Shown here: piece after piece, positions 41,056 to 51,513 of the stretch | Layout of the letters: each line of letters opens with the position of its first letter | Position numbering within the stretch: position 1 is the first letter of the stretch | DNA from: an uncultured delta proteobacterium | GTDB lineage: Bacteria; Myxococcota; Myxococcia; Myxococcales; Myxococcaceae | NCBI GenBank assembly: GCA_963796055.1 | Contig: CAWCKH010000004.1 | Span: 2,048,001 to 2,112,000, forward strand | DNA: 64,000 nt | Reading direction: 5' to 3' | Made by a program: the position numbers and the translations under genes | Notes under the pieces: generated by a model | What the model saw: the letters and a program-made list of their open reading frames with translations, nothing else | Told to the model about the DNA's origin: nothing | Databases searched by the model: none

Positions 41056-43503
41056 CTACTCCTGCCGCAGCGCGACCATCGGATCCACGCGCGAGGCGCG
41101 CCGGGCCGGCACCGCGCAGGCGATGAGCGCCACGCCGAGGAGCCCGAGGCCGACCGCGATGAAAGTCGGGGGGTCGGTGGGCCGCACCCGGTAGAGGAGC
41201 CCCTCCATGAGCCTGGTGAGGCCGAGCGCGGCGGCGGAGCCGAGAACGATTCCGATCGCCGCGAGCCGACCCCCACCGGCGAGAATCATCCGGAGGATGT
41301 CGCCGCGCTGCGCCCCGAGCGCCATGCGGAGGCCCAGCTCTCCGGTCCGCTGCCCGACCAGGTACGAGATGACGCCGTAGATGCCGATGCTCGCCAGCAC
41401 CAGGGCCAGCCCGCCGAAGATGGCGAAGAGCACCATCGCGAAGCGCTGCCGCCCCAGGGAGTCGGTGACGATCTCCGGCATCGTCTGCACACCGAACAGC
41501 GCGTACTGGCTCCCCATTCTCCCGATGGCCTCCCGCAGCGGGACGATCGCCGCGCGCGGCTCTCCATCGGTCCGGACGGCCACCCCGACACCGGTGGCGA
41601 GCAGCGAGGTCAGCCCGTCAGACGCCTGGGTCCACGGGACGTACAGCTGGGCCCGCAGCGAGTTGTGGTCGTCGGAATCCAGCCCCCACTGCTTGACGTG
41701 CGCGACCACGCCCACGATCTCGATGGGCTCCGTCCCCCGTTCGAGGTGGATGCGCCGGCCGACCACCTCACCGTCCGGGAAGTAGGTCCGGGCGAAGACG
41801 TCGTCGACCACCGCCACCGGTGCGCTCCGGGTCCCGTCCTGCGGCCCGAGGAAGCGCCCGCGCAGGAGGCGGATCGACATCGCCTCGAGGTAGCCCGGGC
41901 CGACCACGTAGCTCAGCGTCCACTTCATCTCGTGCTGGCTGATGGGACGGGGCTGGCCGTCGAGCCAGAAGAGTTGCTCGTCGTCGCCGGTGAGGGGGAA
42001 GGCGCCTCCGTACAGCGACACCGCCCGGACCCCGGAGGTCGAGCCGATCGTCGCCTCGAGGTCGCGAAGCGCCGTGCGGATCGCCTCCGGAGCCTCCTTG
42101 GCCATCGCAGGCGGCAACGACACGGCGAAGGTGAGGACGCGCTCGGGATCGAACCCAGGGTCGACGCTCCACAGCCGGGTCAGGGTCCGCACCATGAGGC
42201 CGGCGCCCACGAGGAGGATCAGCGCCAGCGCCACCTCGAGCACCACGAAGACGTCCTGCGAGCGACGGTGTCCGCCGGGGAGACCGGCCGCGCCCCGGAG
42301 CGACTCGTGGAGCGGCGCCCGGGCAGTGGCCACCGCCGGGGCCAGCCCGAAGAGTGCGCCCGAGAGGAGCGAGACGAGCAGGGTGAACCCCAGCACGCGG
42401 GCATCGAGCTGCACCTCGGAGGTGCGCGGGAGCCCCTCTCCGGAGAGGCCGAGGACGGCGCCGGTGCCGAGCAGAGCGAGCACGACGCCCAGGGCGCCAC
42501 CCAGCAGGCCGAGCAGGACGCTCTCGGTGAGCAACTGCTGCACAACTCGCCCCCGTCCGGCACCGAGCGCGGTGCGGACCGCGAACTCCCGCGTCCGCCC
42601 GCTGCAGCGAGCGAGCAGGAGATTCGCCACGTTCACGCAGGCGATGAGGAGCACGAACCCGACGGCAGCGAAGAGGACCAGGAGCACCGGGCGGACCGGG
42701 CCGACGACCTGTTCCTTGAGCGGAACCAGCGTCGCCCCCACCCCCTTGTTGGCCTCCGGGTAGGCTTCGGCCAGCGCGCGGGTCACCCCGTCCATGTCCG
42801 CCTGTGCCTGGGCGAGCGTGACCCCGGGCTTCAGCCGCGCGATGCCGTGGATGCCGAGCCCCGCCCCGCGAGAGAGGAGCAGGTCGTTCGCCCACTGCCC
42901 GATGGGAACGTAGACGTCGCACGCTCTGGGCAGGTTCGGCGCGGAGAGCGGAAAGCCGGGGACGACGCCAACGACGGTGTACGGGCGTCCGTCGAGGGTG
43001 AGGGTCGTCCCGAGGACGTGGGGGCTCGAGCCGAACCGTCGCTGCCAGAGCCCGGCACCGATGAGGGCCACCGGAGGTGCGCCGACCTCGTCCTCGCCGG
43101 GCGCGAGGGTGCGCCCGAGCAGGGGGTGGACGCCGAGCATGGCGAGGAAGCTCGAGGAGACGAACGCCCCCACGACCTGATCCGGCGGGCCCTGCCCGGT
43201 GACGATGAAGCTCGTGTTCCGCGAGACCTCCAGCTCGGAGAAGACCGAGCTCGACCGCCGCCAGTCCCGGAAGTTCGGGTAGGAGATGGAGCCCCGCGCG
43301 AAGTTCGGCTTGGAGGCGTGCACCCCCACCAGCAGGTCCGGTTCGGGGAAGGGGAGTGGGCTGAGCAGCACCCCGTTGACCAGGGAGAAGAGCGCGGTGT
43401 TGGCGCCAACCCCGAGGGCGATGGTGAGCACGGCCACCGCGGTGAACCCGGGGGCCTTCCGGAGGCCTCGGAGCGCATGGCGGAGGTCGTGGGTGAGCGT
43501 CAC
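41056..43503 (-). CDS. Duplicated MacB/FtsX-type ABC permease (ADOP-like)
   Basis: DLRHALR..PGF, LLIACVNVANLLL, VRTALGA, ELGLRMALGA, VDPMVALR. Confidence 0.88.
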   Translation of the reverse strand: MTLTHDLRHALRGLRKAPGFTAVAVLTIALGVGANTALFSLVNGVLLSPLPFPEPDLLVGVHASKPNFARGSISYPNFRDWRRSSSVFSELEVSRNTSFIVTGQGPPDQVVGAFVSSSFLAMLGVHPLLGRTLAPGEDEVGAPPVALIGAGLWQRRFGSSPHVLGTTLTLDGRPYTVVGVVPGFPLSAPNLPRACDVYVPIGQWANDLLLSRGAGLGIHGIARLKPGVTLAQAQADMDGVTRALAEAYPEANKGVGATLVPLKEQVVGPVRPVLLVLFAAVGFVLLIACVNVANLLLARCSGRTREFAVRTALGAGRGRVVQQLLTESVLLGLLGGALGVVLALLGTGAVLGLSGEGLPRTSEVQLDARVLGFTLLVSLLSGALFGLAPAVATARAPLHESLRGAAGLPGGHRRSQDVFVVLEVALALILLVGAGLMVRTLTRLWSVDPGFDPERVLTFAVSLPPAMAKEAPEAIRTALRDLEATIGSTSGVRAVSLYGGAFPLTGDDEQLFWLDGQPRPISQHEMKWTLSYVVGPGYLEAMSIRLLRGRFLGPQDGTRSAPVAVVDDVFARTYFPDGEVVGRRIHLERGTEPIEIVGVVAHVKQWGLDSDDHNSLRAQLYVPWTQASDGLTSLLATGVGVAVRTDGEPRAAIVPLREAIGRMGSQYALFGVQTMPEIVTDSLGRQRFAMVLFAIFGGLALVLASIGIYGVISYLVGQRTGELGLRMALGAQRGDILRMILAGGGRLAAIGIVLGSAAALGLTRLMEGLLYRVRPTDPPTFIAVGLGLLGVALIACAVPARRASRVDPMVALRQE

Positions 43504-43660
43504 CGCCAGGAAGGGATGCAACTGCCGTTCCCTGCCCGGGTGGCTCCCCCGAGCGGGGTTCCCCGGCGTCACCTCGGGCCGCTGTCCACTTCCGGGACCC
43601 CGGGTCCCACGATCGCGCGAGGGCGGGCTTTGCCGGCCATCCGACGACCGGGCCCGACGC

Positions 43661-45112
43661 TCAGGCGCGGGCGAAGTCGATGAAGCCCTTCTCCGGATCG
43701 GTGGCCAACAGGCGCACCCGGATCCGATCGCCCACGTCCATCCCGTGCTCGCCGCGGACGACCCGGCCCTCCGCGGGAGGCCGGAGGAGCCGGACGAAGG
43801 TCCCGTGCTCGGTGACGCCGGTGACCAGCCCGTCGAAGGCCTGGCCCACCTTGTCGTGGAGGAGGAGCGCGGCGGTGACCTTCCGCATGAGCCGCTCGAG
43901 CTTGCGGGTGGCCGCCTCCATCCGGGTGCAGTGCTGGGCGATGCCGTCGATCTCCCCGTCCGAGTACGGAGCGGGTGCGCCGGCGAGCACGGCCTTCACC
44001 AGACGCTGGGTGATGAGGTCGGGGTACCGGCGATTCGGGGCGGTGGAGTGGCTGTAGTCGTTCGCCGCGAGGCCGAAGTGTCCCGGCGACTCCTCTCCGG
44101 CCGGCTGGAGCACGTACTCGCCTGGGCCGAGGAGCTTCACCACCGCCAGTGACAGGTCGGGGAAGTGCAACGGGTCGTGTGCCCTCTGCCGCTCGAGGAA
44201 TCGCGAGAGCACCGGTCCATCGGGCTCGGGGGGCAGCGCCGTCCCCAGGCCTTGCGCCAGGGCGACGATCCGGTCCCAGCGCTTCGGCTTCCGGACCACG
44301 CGGGCGATGGACGAGCGTCGGGCCTCGTCGAGGAAACGCGCCATCACCCCGTTCGCCGCCACCATCAGATCCTCGATGAGCTCCCGGCTCCGGCTGTCGG
44401 GGATCTCCTGGAGGTCCACCACCCGCCCGTCGTCCATGACCGGGCGCGGCTCGATGGTCCGCAGCATGAGCGCCCCGGCGCGCTCACGGGCTGCCCGGAG
44501 CGCGCGCGTGGCCCGGTCTTGAAGCCGCAGCTGCTCCTCGAGCCCGCGGACCACGGCGACCCGCGGTGGAACCGGCGCGTCGCCCTGCAGCCACGGACCC
44601 ACCTCGGGATAGTTCAGCTTGGCCCGGTTGCGGACCCACGCCCCGCGGACGGCCCCCGAGTCCACCGAGCCTCCAGGGAGGACCCGGTAGCCGATGACCA
44701 CCGCGAGACGGTCCAGGTCCGGGAGCAGCGAGGTCAGGTTCTCCGACAGCGGCCGGGGCAGCATCGGGAAGATGGCCGCGCCGGTGTAGAGCGAGGCGGT
44801 GTTGGCACCGGCCCGCCGGTCGATCGGAGTTCCCTCCGGCACCAGCGCGTCCACATCCGCGATGGCGACCAGAAGCTGGATGCTCCCGTCCGGGAGGGCC
44901 TCGGCCCACTCCAGCTGGTCGAGGTCCATCGAGTCGGGGTTGTCGATGCTCGACCAGAGGAGGCCGCGCAGGTCCTCCACGCCGCGGGTCGCCGGCGGGT
45001 CGCCGGAACGCTGCAGCGCCGCGACCTGCGCCTGGGCGTCGGGTGGGAAGTCGGGGGTGAAGCCCAGCTCCAGCAGGGCGCGCCGAGCGCGGTCGGCGAG
45101 GTCGAACGCCAT
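43661..45112 (-). CDS. RNB-domain exoribonuclease (RNase II/R family) with C-terminal S1
   Basis: SIDNPDSMDLDQ, AIADV, IEDLMVAAN, HFGL, STAPNRRYPDL. Confidence 0.9.
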   Translation of the reverse strand: MAFDLADRARRALLELGFTPDFPPDAQAQVAALQRSGDPPATRGVEDLRGLLWSSIDNPDSMDLDQLEWAEALPDGSIQLLVAIADVDALVPEGTPIDRRAGANTASLYTGAAIFPMLPRPLSENLTSLLPDLDRLAVVIGYRVLPGGSVDSGAVRGAWVRNRAKLNYPEVGPWLQGDAPVPPRVAVVRGLEEQLRLQDRATRALRAARERAGALMLRTIEPRPVMDDGRVVDLQEIPDSRSRELIEDLMVAANGVMARFLDEARRSSIARVVRKPKRWDRIVALAQGLGTALPPEPDGPVLSRFLERQRAHDPLHFPDLSLAVVKLLGPGEYVLQPAGEESPGHFGLAANDYSHSTAPNRRYPDLITQRLVKAVLAGAPAPYSDGEIDGIAQHCTRMEAATRKLERLMRKVTAALLLHDKVGQAFDGLVTGVTEHGTFVRLLRPPAEGRVVRGEHGMDVGDRIRVRLLATDPEKGFIDFARA

Positions 45113-45186
45113 GCAGGCACCATCCCAGAACTGCCTTGCGAGGTCATGTGGCGAGACGTCGGCCGGGCATGCAAGAAAGAGGGGAG

Positions 45187-46771
45187 ATGCCGTCGTCCCG
45201 CCCCTTCCGCTCCGCCGCCCCCATCGTGCGGCTCACCAACGGCTTCGTCGAGCCCTTCGACAACGCCGTGGCCGCGGCGCGCACCTGCTACAGCCCGCGC
45301 ATCGTGAAGGCCGAGGACGTCCGGAAGGACGAGAAGGCGCGCGTCACCCGGGACCGCATCGCCCGGGAGACCTACCAGGCGGGGCACCACACCACCCTGC
45401 AGCACGCCACCTTCCAGTTCAGCCTGGAGAACGTCAGCCGCCAGCTCCTCTGGAGCGTGCTGCACGCCCACCCCTTCTACAACTCGGAGCAGGTCAGCCA
45501 GCGGTACGTGGAGGTGAAGCCTGACCGGGTCATCGTCCCGGCGCTTCCCGAGCGCGAGGAGGGGCTGTACCGGGGCGTGGTGGAGGCCCAGATGGCGGCC
45601 TACGCCCGCATCGGCGCGCTGCTCCTTCCGCGGGCCGAGGCCGAGTTCTACCGGCTCTTCCCCGGCCGCCGCCGCACGCCCGAGAAGTGGACGGGCACGC
45701 TCAAGAAGCGCTGCCAGGAGGTGGCCCGCTACGTCCTGCCCATCGGGACCTTCGCCCACCTGTACCACACCATCTCCGGGTTGACGCTCCACCGGTACCA
45801 CCGGCTCGCCGCCGCCTACGATGTGCCCACCGAGGCCCGCGAGGTCATCGCCGCGATGGTGCGCGAGGTGGAGGCCCTCGACCCGCTCTTCTTCCGCGAG
45901 CTGGAGGACCCGATCCCGCTGGAGTCCACCCACGAGGCACGCGCGCTGCGCGAGGCCGGCCGCTCGCCGGGCGTGGGGGGCGCCGACGCCCGCGTGCACC
46001 GGGCTGAGTTCGACGCCGGGCTCCAGGGACGCACCAGCAAGCTGGTGGACTGGAGCGCCAGGGGTGAGGCCGCCATCGCCCAGGCCGTCCGGAACGTGCT
46101 CGGGCTACCCCGCTCGGCGCTGGACGACACCGCCGCGCTCGAGCGCGTCCTCTCCCCGCGGCAGAACCCGTACCTCTCCGAGGCGCTCCAGCTCGGGACC
46201 CAGGGCAAGCTCATGCGGACCCTGGTCCACGCCAGCTACACCTTCCAGAAGAAGCTCAGCCACGCCGCGGACAGCCAGGACCAGCGCCACCGCATGACGC
46301 CGGCCAGCCGCCCCGTGCTCCAGGCGACCTTCGTTCCCGGCGAGCCCGACGTCGTCGTCCCCGCGCTTCTCGCCGAGGTGCCGGAGGCGCTCGACGTCTT
46401 CACCCGGACCTGTGCCGAGGCCTGGGTGGCGATCGAGCGGCTGCTGGACGCTGGGGTGGCGGCGGAGCTCGCGCTCTATCTGCTCCCCAACGCCTTTCCC
46501 GTTCGCTTCCTCGAGTCCGGCGAGCTGCTGCACTTCCACCACAAGTGGGTCCACCGGCTCTGCTACACCGCGCAGGAGGAGATTCTGGCGGGCGTCGGTC
46601 GAGGAGGTGCGGCAGGTCCAGGCCGTCCACCCGCGCATCGCCGCGCACCTGGTTCCCCCCTGTACCCTCCGCAAGGAGGCTGGCGTCACCCCGTTCTGCC
46701 CCGAGGGGCCCCGCTACTGCGGGGTGCCGGTGTGGAATCGTTCGCTCGAGGAGTACGCGCGGCTGCTCTAG
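45187..46771 (+). CDS. thyX: Tandem-domain ThyX-like flavin-dependent thymidylate synthase; frameshifted near 46583
   Basis: AARTCY, AGHHT..H, SQRYV, ARYVLP; second domain QRHR, YLLPNA, RLC..AQEEI. Removing one T gives EIWRAS. Confidence 0.75.
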
Positions 46772-46796
46772 TCTGGTCGGGGACCCGGCCCGCTCG

Positions 46797-47756
46797 ATGC
46801 TCTCCCTCCTCGTCCTCGGCGTGCTCGCGGCCAAGCCACCGCTCGAGCCCCCGGACTTCTCCGGCCTGCCGCCCTGGGCACCGCAGAATCCCATCGAGGC
46901 CAACCGGAGCGTCCTCTTCGCCCCCCCGCTCATGATGCCCCGTGGAGACTGGGGGCTCACCTTCGCCCTCGACTACGGCAGCGCCATCGAGCTGTACGGC
47001 TACGGCCCACGGGGTGTGACGCTCGACGCGGAGCTCGGCCGCTTTCAGGTCTGGCTGACCCGCCGCATCGACGACCGCTGGTTCGTCTTCGGCCAGGTGC
47101 AGATCCAGGGCGCGTACGACGGCTTCATGGACCGATTCCTCGACTGGTACCACTCGGTGCTCGGGGTGCAGTACGTCGCCCGCGAGCTGCGCCCCCTGAA
47201 CCGGTACCGCTACTCGATCACCTACGAGCGGGGGCAGACGATCCAGTACGGACCGGTGGACCTGGGCATCGGCGACAGCCGCATCGGGGTGGGCCGGATG
47301 CTCGGCGAGCATGCCCAGGTCCTCCTGGTGCTCGGGCTCCCCACCTCCACCGCGCCAGGCTACCGGGCGGGGACCCTCCAGACCGGGCTGATTCTCATGG
47401 GCGAGGCTCCGCTGCTCCCCTGGCTCACGGTGAGCGGCTCGGTGGGCGTGGGCTTCACCCCCAAGACCGGGACGCTCGCCGCCTACGAGAAGACCTTCTT
47501 CCTCTCCTTCTCCGGCGGTCCGCGGGTCCGGCTGAGCTGGCGGAATTTCCTGTACGCCAACCTCTTCGTGCACACCCCGCCGTTCCACGACACCGATCTC
47601 CGACCGATGGACCTGACCGACTTCTCCATCGACTTCGGCTGGATGTTCCGGATCGACCCGCGCACCGAGCTGTGGCTCGGCATCGTCGAGGACCCGTTCC
47701 CGGACGGGCCGGCGATCGACGTGGCGTTCCGCTTCGGGATCAGGACCGCGTTTTAG
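46797..47756 (+). CDS. Putative outer-membrane protein (DUF3187-like)
   Basis: Signal peptide, GFMDRFLDWYH motif, amphipathic beta strands, terminal Phe. Confidence 0.6.
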   Translation: MLSLLVLGVLAAKPPLEPPDFSGLPPWAPQNPIEANRSVLFAPPLMMPRGDWGLTFALDYGSAIELYGYGPRGVTLDAELGRFQVWLTRRIDDRWFVFGQVQIQGAYDGFMDRFLDWYHSVLGVQYVARELRPLNRYRYSITYERGQTIQYGPVDLGIGDSRIGVGRMLGEHAQVLLVLGLPTSTAPGYRAGTLQTGLILMGEAPLLPWLTVSGSVGVGFTPKTGTLAAYEKTFFLSFSGGPRVRLSWRNFLYANLFVHTPPFHDTDLRPMDLTDFSIDFGWMFRIDPRTELWLGIVEDPFPDGPAIDVAFRFGIRTAF

Positions 47757-48631
47757 CTTGGCCTCGCCGGCGCCGTCCGCCGCCGCGCCTCCAGCCACGG
47801 GGCCAGCGTCCGCCAGAGCGTCGCGGCGAGGATGACCGCGCCGCCACGAATGGCCCACGGCCCGGGCCGCTCTCCGGCGAGGAGGAAGGTCCACACCGGG
47901 TTGAGCACCGGCTCCACCAGCGCCAGCAGCGAGGCCTCGACCGCCGGCGTATGGCGAACCCCCCTGGCGAACAGCGCGTAGCTCGCCCCGAGCTGGAACA
48001 GTCCGAGGAAGAGCACGATGCCCAGATCGCGCGCGGTGGGCGCCGGTCCCCGGACCGCCATCGGAAAGGACATCAGCGCCGCCAGCGCGTTCCCCCACAC
48101 GATGGCCCCCACGTTGCGGGCCCCGAGCTTCCGCAGCCCGAGGATGCAGAGCGCGAAGGCCACGCCCGAGGCCACCGCGATGACGTTGCCCACCGCCTGC
48201 CCGGGCGAGAGCCGGTCGAGGAAGAAGAGGAAGAGGCCGACCAGGAACAGCGGCGCAGAGAGGAGCTCGCCCCGCGTCGGCCGCTCGTGCAGCAGCACCG
48301 GGCTCAGGAGCAGGACCCAGAGCGGCGCGGTGTCCTGGAGGAAGATGGCGTTGGCGCTGGTGGTCGCCTTGTTCGCCAGGACGAACAGCAGGACGGTGAA
48401 GGCGTAGGCCACCGCCACCCAGGACACCGAGCGGTCCGGCCGTCGGCGTGCGCCGGGGAGGATGGCGGCGAGGAAGAGCGCGGCCACGGCCGAGCGCCCG
48501 AAGTTGATCTGCCAGCCGGAGAGGCCGCAGAGCTTGATCGCCGCCCCGGCGGTGGACCAGAGCGTCGCGGCGGCGAGGATCAGCCAGGGACCGATGCGTC
48601 GGCCGCCGTTCTCGGAGTGCGCGTCGTTCAC
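47753..48631 (-). CDS. EamA/DMT-family transporter
   Basis: LWSTAG, ANAIFLQ.TAP, EPVLNP.W, GE.PG. Confidence 0.85.
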   Translation of the reverse strand: MNDAHSENGGRRIGPWLILAAATLWSTAGAAIKLCGLSGWQINFGRSAVAALFLAAILPGARRRPDRSVSWVAVAYAFTVLLFVLANKATTSANAIFLQDTAPLWVLLLSPVLLHERPTRGELLSAPLFLVGLFLFFLDRLSPGQAVGNVIAVASGVAFALCILGLRKLGARNVGAIVWGNALAALMSFPMAVRGPAPTARDLGIVLFLGLFQLGASYALFARGVRHTPAVEASLLALVEPVLNPVWTFLLAGERPGPWAIRGGAVILAATLWRTLAPWLEARRRTAPARPS

Positions 48632-48740
48632 GTCGATGGGGCCAGTCCTGCGGGTCGGGCGGGCCCTCATAACAGACGGGCGGGCCGGCCTCCGACTTCC
48701 GTGCGGCCGGCACTTGGCCATAGGGTGGGCGCCTGGGTCC

Positions 48741-49301
48741 ATGAAGATCTACACGCGCACCGGCGACGCCGGACAGACGGGCCTCTTCGGGGGCGGTCGG
48801 GTAGCGAAGGACGACGCCCGGGTGGCGGCCTACGGAGAGGTGGACGAGCTCAACGCCACGCTCGGTGTGGCGCGCGCGGCCGGCCTGGGGAACCTCGACC
48901 CGTGGTGCCAGGACCTCCAGGACCAGCTCTTCACCGTCGGAGCCGTCCTCGCCACTCCGCGGGGCACCCGCGCCGACGCCCACATCCCCCACGTCCGCGA
49001 GGACTGGGTGACCGCCATGGAGCGCCGAATCGACGAGCTGCAAGACACGCTCCCACCGCAGACGCACTTCATCCTTCCCGGCGGAACGCCGGCCAGCGCC
49101 GCCCTCCACCTCGCGCGCACGGTGTGCCGCCGGGCCGAGCGTTCGGTGGTGCCGCTCTTCCGGGAGGGCCAGGTGGACGAGGTGACCTTCCGCTACCTCA
49201 ATCGCCTGTCGGACTTTCTGTTCGTCCTCGCACGGGCGGCGAACCACCGGGCGGGGGTGAAGGACGTGCCGTGGATCCCGGGCGGGACACCGTCGCCCTG
49301 A
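48741..49301 (+). CDS. pduO: PduO-type cob(I)alamin adenosyltransferase
   Basis: KIYTRTGDAGQT, AYGEVDELN, FILPGG, ARTVCRRAER, YLNRLSD. Confidence 0.93.
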   Translation: MKIYTRTGDAGQTGLFGGGRVAKDDARVAAYGEVDELNATLGVARAAGLGNLDPWCQDLQDQLFTVGAVLATPRGTRADAHIPHVREDWVTAMERRIDELQDTLPPQTHFILPGGTPASAALHLARTVCRRAERSVVPLFREGQVDEVTFRYLNRLSDFLFVLARAANHRAGVKDVPWIPGGTPSP

Positions 49302-49306
49302 CCGCG

Positions 49307-50320
49307 GTGGCCTCGGCCGGGCGGGTGCGCGCGCTGGCGCTCGAGGCGGGATTCGATCTGTGCGGGTTCGCCCGGCCCGCGCCCATCCCGCCCGAGGCGC
49401 TGCTCGACTGGCTCGCCGCCGGGATGGCCGCGGACATGGACTGGCTCGCCGAGCGCGCGGCCGACCGGCTGGATCCGCTGCGGCTCCTCCCGGAGGCGCG
49501 CACCGTGGTCGCGCTGGGGTGCAACTACTGGACGGAGGCCGGCGGTGGCGAGGGCTCGCCCGTCGCCCGCTATGCCCGTGGGCGCGACTACCACGCGACG
49601 CTCCGCGACCGTCTCCGCACCTTCCGCCGCCTGCTCCGCGCCGAGTGGCCCGCTCTGCGGACCTACGGGTCGGTGGACCACGGGCCCTTCATGGAGAAGG
49701 TGTGGGCGGCGCGGGCGGGGCTCGGCGTCGTCGCCCGGAACGGCTGCCTGGTGACGCCGCGCTTCGGCTCCTGGGTGGTGCTCGCCGTGCTCCTGGTGGA
49801 GCTCGAGGTGGACGGGTACGCCGAGGGGACGATGGCGGACCGGTGCGGGACCTGCCGGCTGTGCGTGGACGCGTGCCCGACCGATGCGCTGGACGGCGCC
49901 GGGCGGGTGGATGCGCGGGCCTGCCTCTCGTACCAGACCATCGAGAACGAGGGCCCGGTTCCGCCCGAGCACCGCGAGGCGATGGCGTCGCACGTCTTCG
50001 GGTGCGACGTGTGCCAGGACGTCTGCCCCCTCAATGCCGCCCCTCTGCCGGCGACGGGTCCCCGGTTCTTGCCCCGGGCCGTGGCGGGGCTGGACGCACG
50101 GGCGATCGCGGCGATGACCCCCCAGCGCTACGCCGAGCTGGTGCCGGGGACCGCGCTGGCCCGCGCCGGTTATGACGGGCTCCGGCGGAATGCAGCCTAC
50201 GCGCTGGGTGCCGCGCGCGATGCGGGCGCCCGTCCGGTGCTGGAAACGCTGGCGCAAGACCCGAGCGCTGTGGTGAGTGACGCCGCCCGATGGGCCCTCG
50301 CCCGACTTCCCCTCTCCTGA
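49307..50320 (+). CDS. queG: Epoxyqueuosine reductase (start could be 49271)
   Basis: ARYARGRDYH, EK.WA, GSW, CGTCRLCVDACPT, CLSYQTIE, FGCDVCQDVCP, RNAA. Confidence 0.93.
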   Translation: MASAGRVRALALEAGFDLCGFARPAPIPPEALLDWLAAGMAADMDWLAERAADRLDPLRLLPEARTVVALGCNYWTEAGGGEGSPVARYARGRDYHATLRDRLRTFRRLLRAEWPALRTYGSVDHGPFMEKVWAARAGLGVVARNGCLVTPRFGSWVVLAVLLVELEVDGYAEGTMADRCGTCRLCVDACPTDALDGAGRVDARACLSYQTIENEGPVPPEHREAMASHVFGCDVCQDVCPLNAAPLPATGPRFLPRAVAGLDARAIAAMTPQRYAELVPGTALARAGYDGLRRNAAYALGAARDAGARPVLETLAQDPSAVVSDAARWALARLPLS

Positions 50321-51276
50321 GCACACCACGGCGCTCCGGGCCCGAGCCGGTCCACGCCCACGGCGGCGTGGGGCCGGGCGTCGTGGCGGCGCTCCTGCTC
50401 CAGACCACCCTGAGCGCCGGTACGTTCCTGGTCGCCAAGCGCGCGGTGGCGGAGGTGCCGCTGGCGACGCTGGTGCTCTGGCGATTCCTGCTCAGCGGAG
50501 CGGTGTTCGCGCTGCTCGTCGTGGCGTTGCCCGGGCCGGCGCTGCCGCCCCGCCGGGCGGTTCTCGCGGCGCTCGCGCTGGGATTCCTCGCCGGACCGCT
50601 CAACCAGGGGCTGTTCTTCGCCGGCCTCGGGCGCTCGACGGCGGCGCATGCCGCGCTGCTCTACGCGCTCACCCCGCTGGAGGTGTACCTGTACTCCTTG
50701 CTCCGCGGTCGCGAGACGCCCACCACCCGGGCCGGGCTGGGGCTGCTGCTCGCCTTCGCGGGGGCGCTGGTGCTCCTGCTGGCCCACGGGCTCCGGGCGC
50801 TCACCGGGGTCTTCGTGGGCGACCTGCTCATCCTCGGCGCGGTCGCCGCATGGGTGGTGTACACCGCCGAGGGGAAGCCGTTCATCGGCGAGCACGGGGC
50901 ACTCCGGGCCACCGCCTGGTCGATGATTGGTGGGGCGCTGTGGATGCTCCCGCTGGCCCCGTGGTTCCTGCGCCCGGGGTTCGTCCTCCATGCGGACCTG
51001 GCGGTGAAGGCCTCCATCCTCTACCTGGCCCTGCTCAGCTCGGTGGTCAGCTACCTGCTCTGGTACTGGGCGCTGGGACGGACCGACGCCTCGAAGGTGG
51101 CGGTCTTCAGCAACCTGCAGCCGGTGGCCACGGCGCTGGCTGCGTGGGGGGTGCTGGGGGAGCGCATCGGCTGGGAGGTCGCGGTCGGCGGGGTGCTGGT
51201 GCTGGTCGGCGTCCGCCTCACCAGCGCGCCGCGCCTCACCCGGCCGCCCGCCCTGTCCCGGACGCTCGATCGCTAA
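50290..51276 (+). CDS. EamA/DMT-family transporter
   Basis: About 10 TM helices, GDLL, YLLWYWAL, NLQP, LGE. Confidence 0.85.
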   Translation: MGPRPTSPLLSTPRRSGPEPVHAHGGVGPGVVAALLLQTTLSAGTFLVAKRAVAEVPLATLVLWRFLLSGAVFALLVVALPGPALPPRRAVLAALALGFLAGPLNQGLFFAGLGRSTAAHAALLYALTPLEVYLYSLLRGRETPTTRAGLGLLLAFAGALVLLLAHGLRALTGVFVGDLLILGAVAAWVVYTAEGKPFIGEHGALRATAWSMIGGALWMLPLAPWFLRPGFVLHADLAVKASILYLALLSSVVSYLLWYWALGRTDASKVAVFSNLQPVATALAAWGVLGERIGWEVAVGGVLVLVGVRLTSAPRLTRPPALSRTLDR

Positions 51277-51513
51277 CCGGTCGGGCCCGCCGGCGCTTGC
51301 GGGCACCCGTTCGGGTCCGCACCCGCAACCTGCGGGCCGCTCCGGCGGTCGTGAGGAGGATGGAATGCGCATCGGAGTCTTCGGACGGGGGCACGTGGAA
51401 GTCGGCCTGCTCCATCGACCGGCTGCTCTCGGTCTGGCGGGTGCTCGCCTTCGACGCGGGGCTCGGCCGGAACGTCGCCTTCGCGCTGCTCCGGCGCTGA
51501 CCGCGAGGGCGGT

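Noticed and set aside
48632..48740. Cobalamin riboswitch upstream of pduO
   Set aside because: The spacer is about 110 bp with no B12-box or other conserved motifs.
51360..51500. 46-aa ORF with a GAGGAGG-like RBS
   Set aside because: The RBS directly abuts the ATG and the peptide has no recognisable features; insufficient support.
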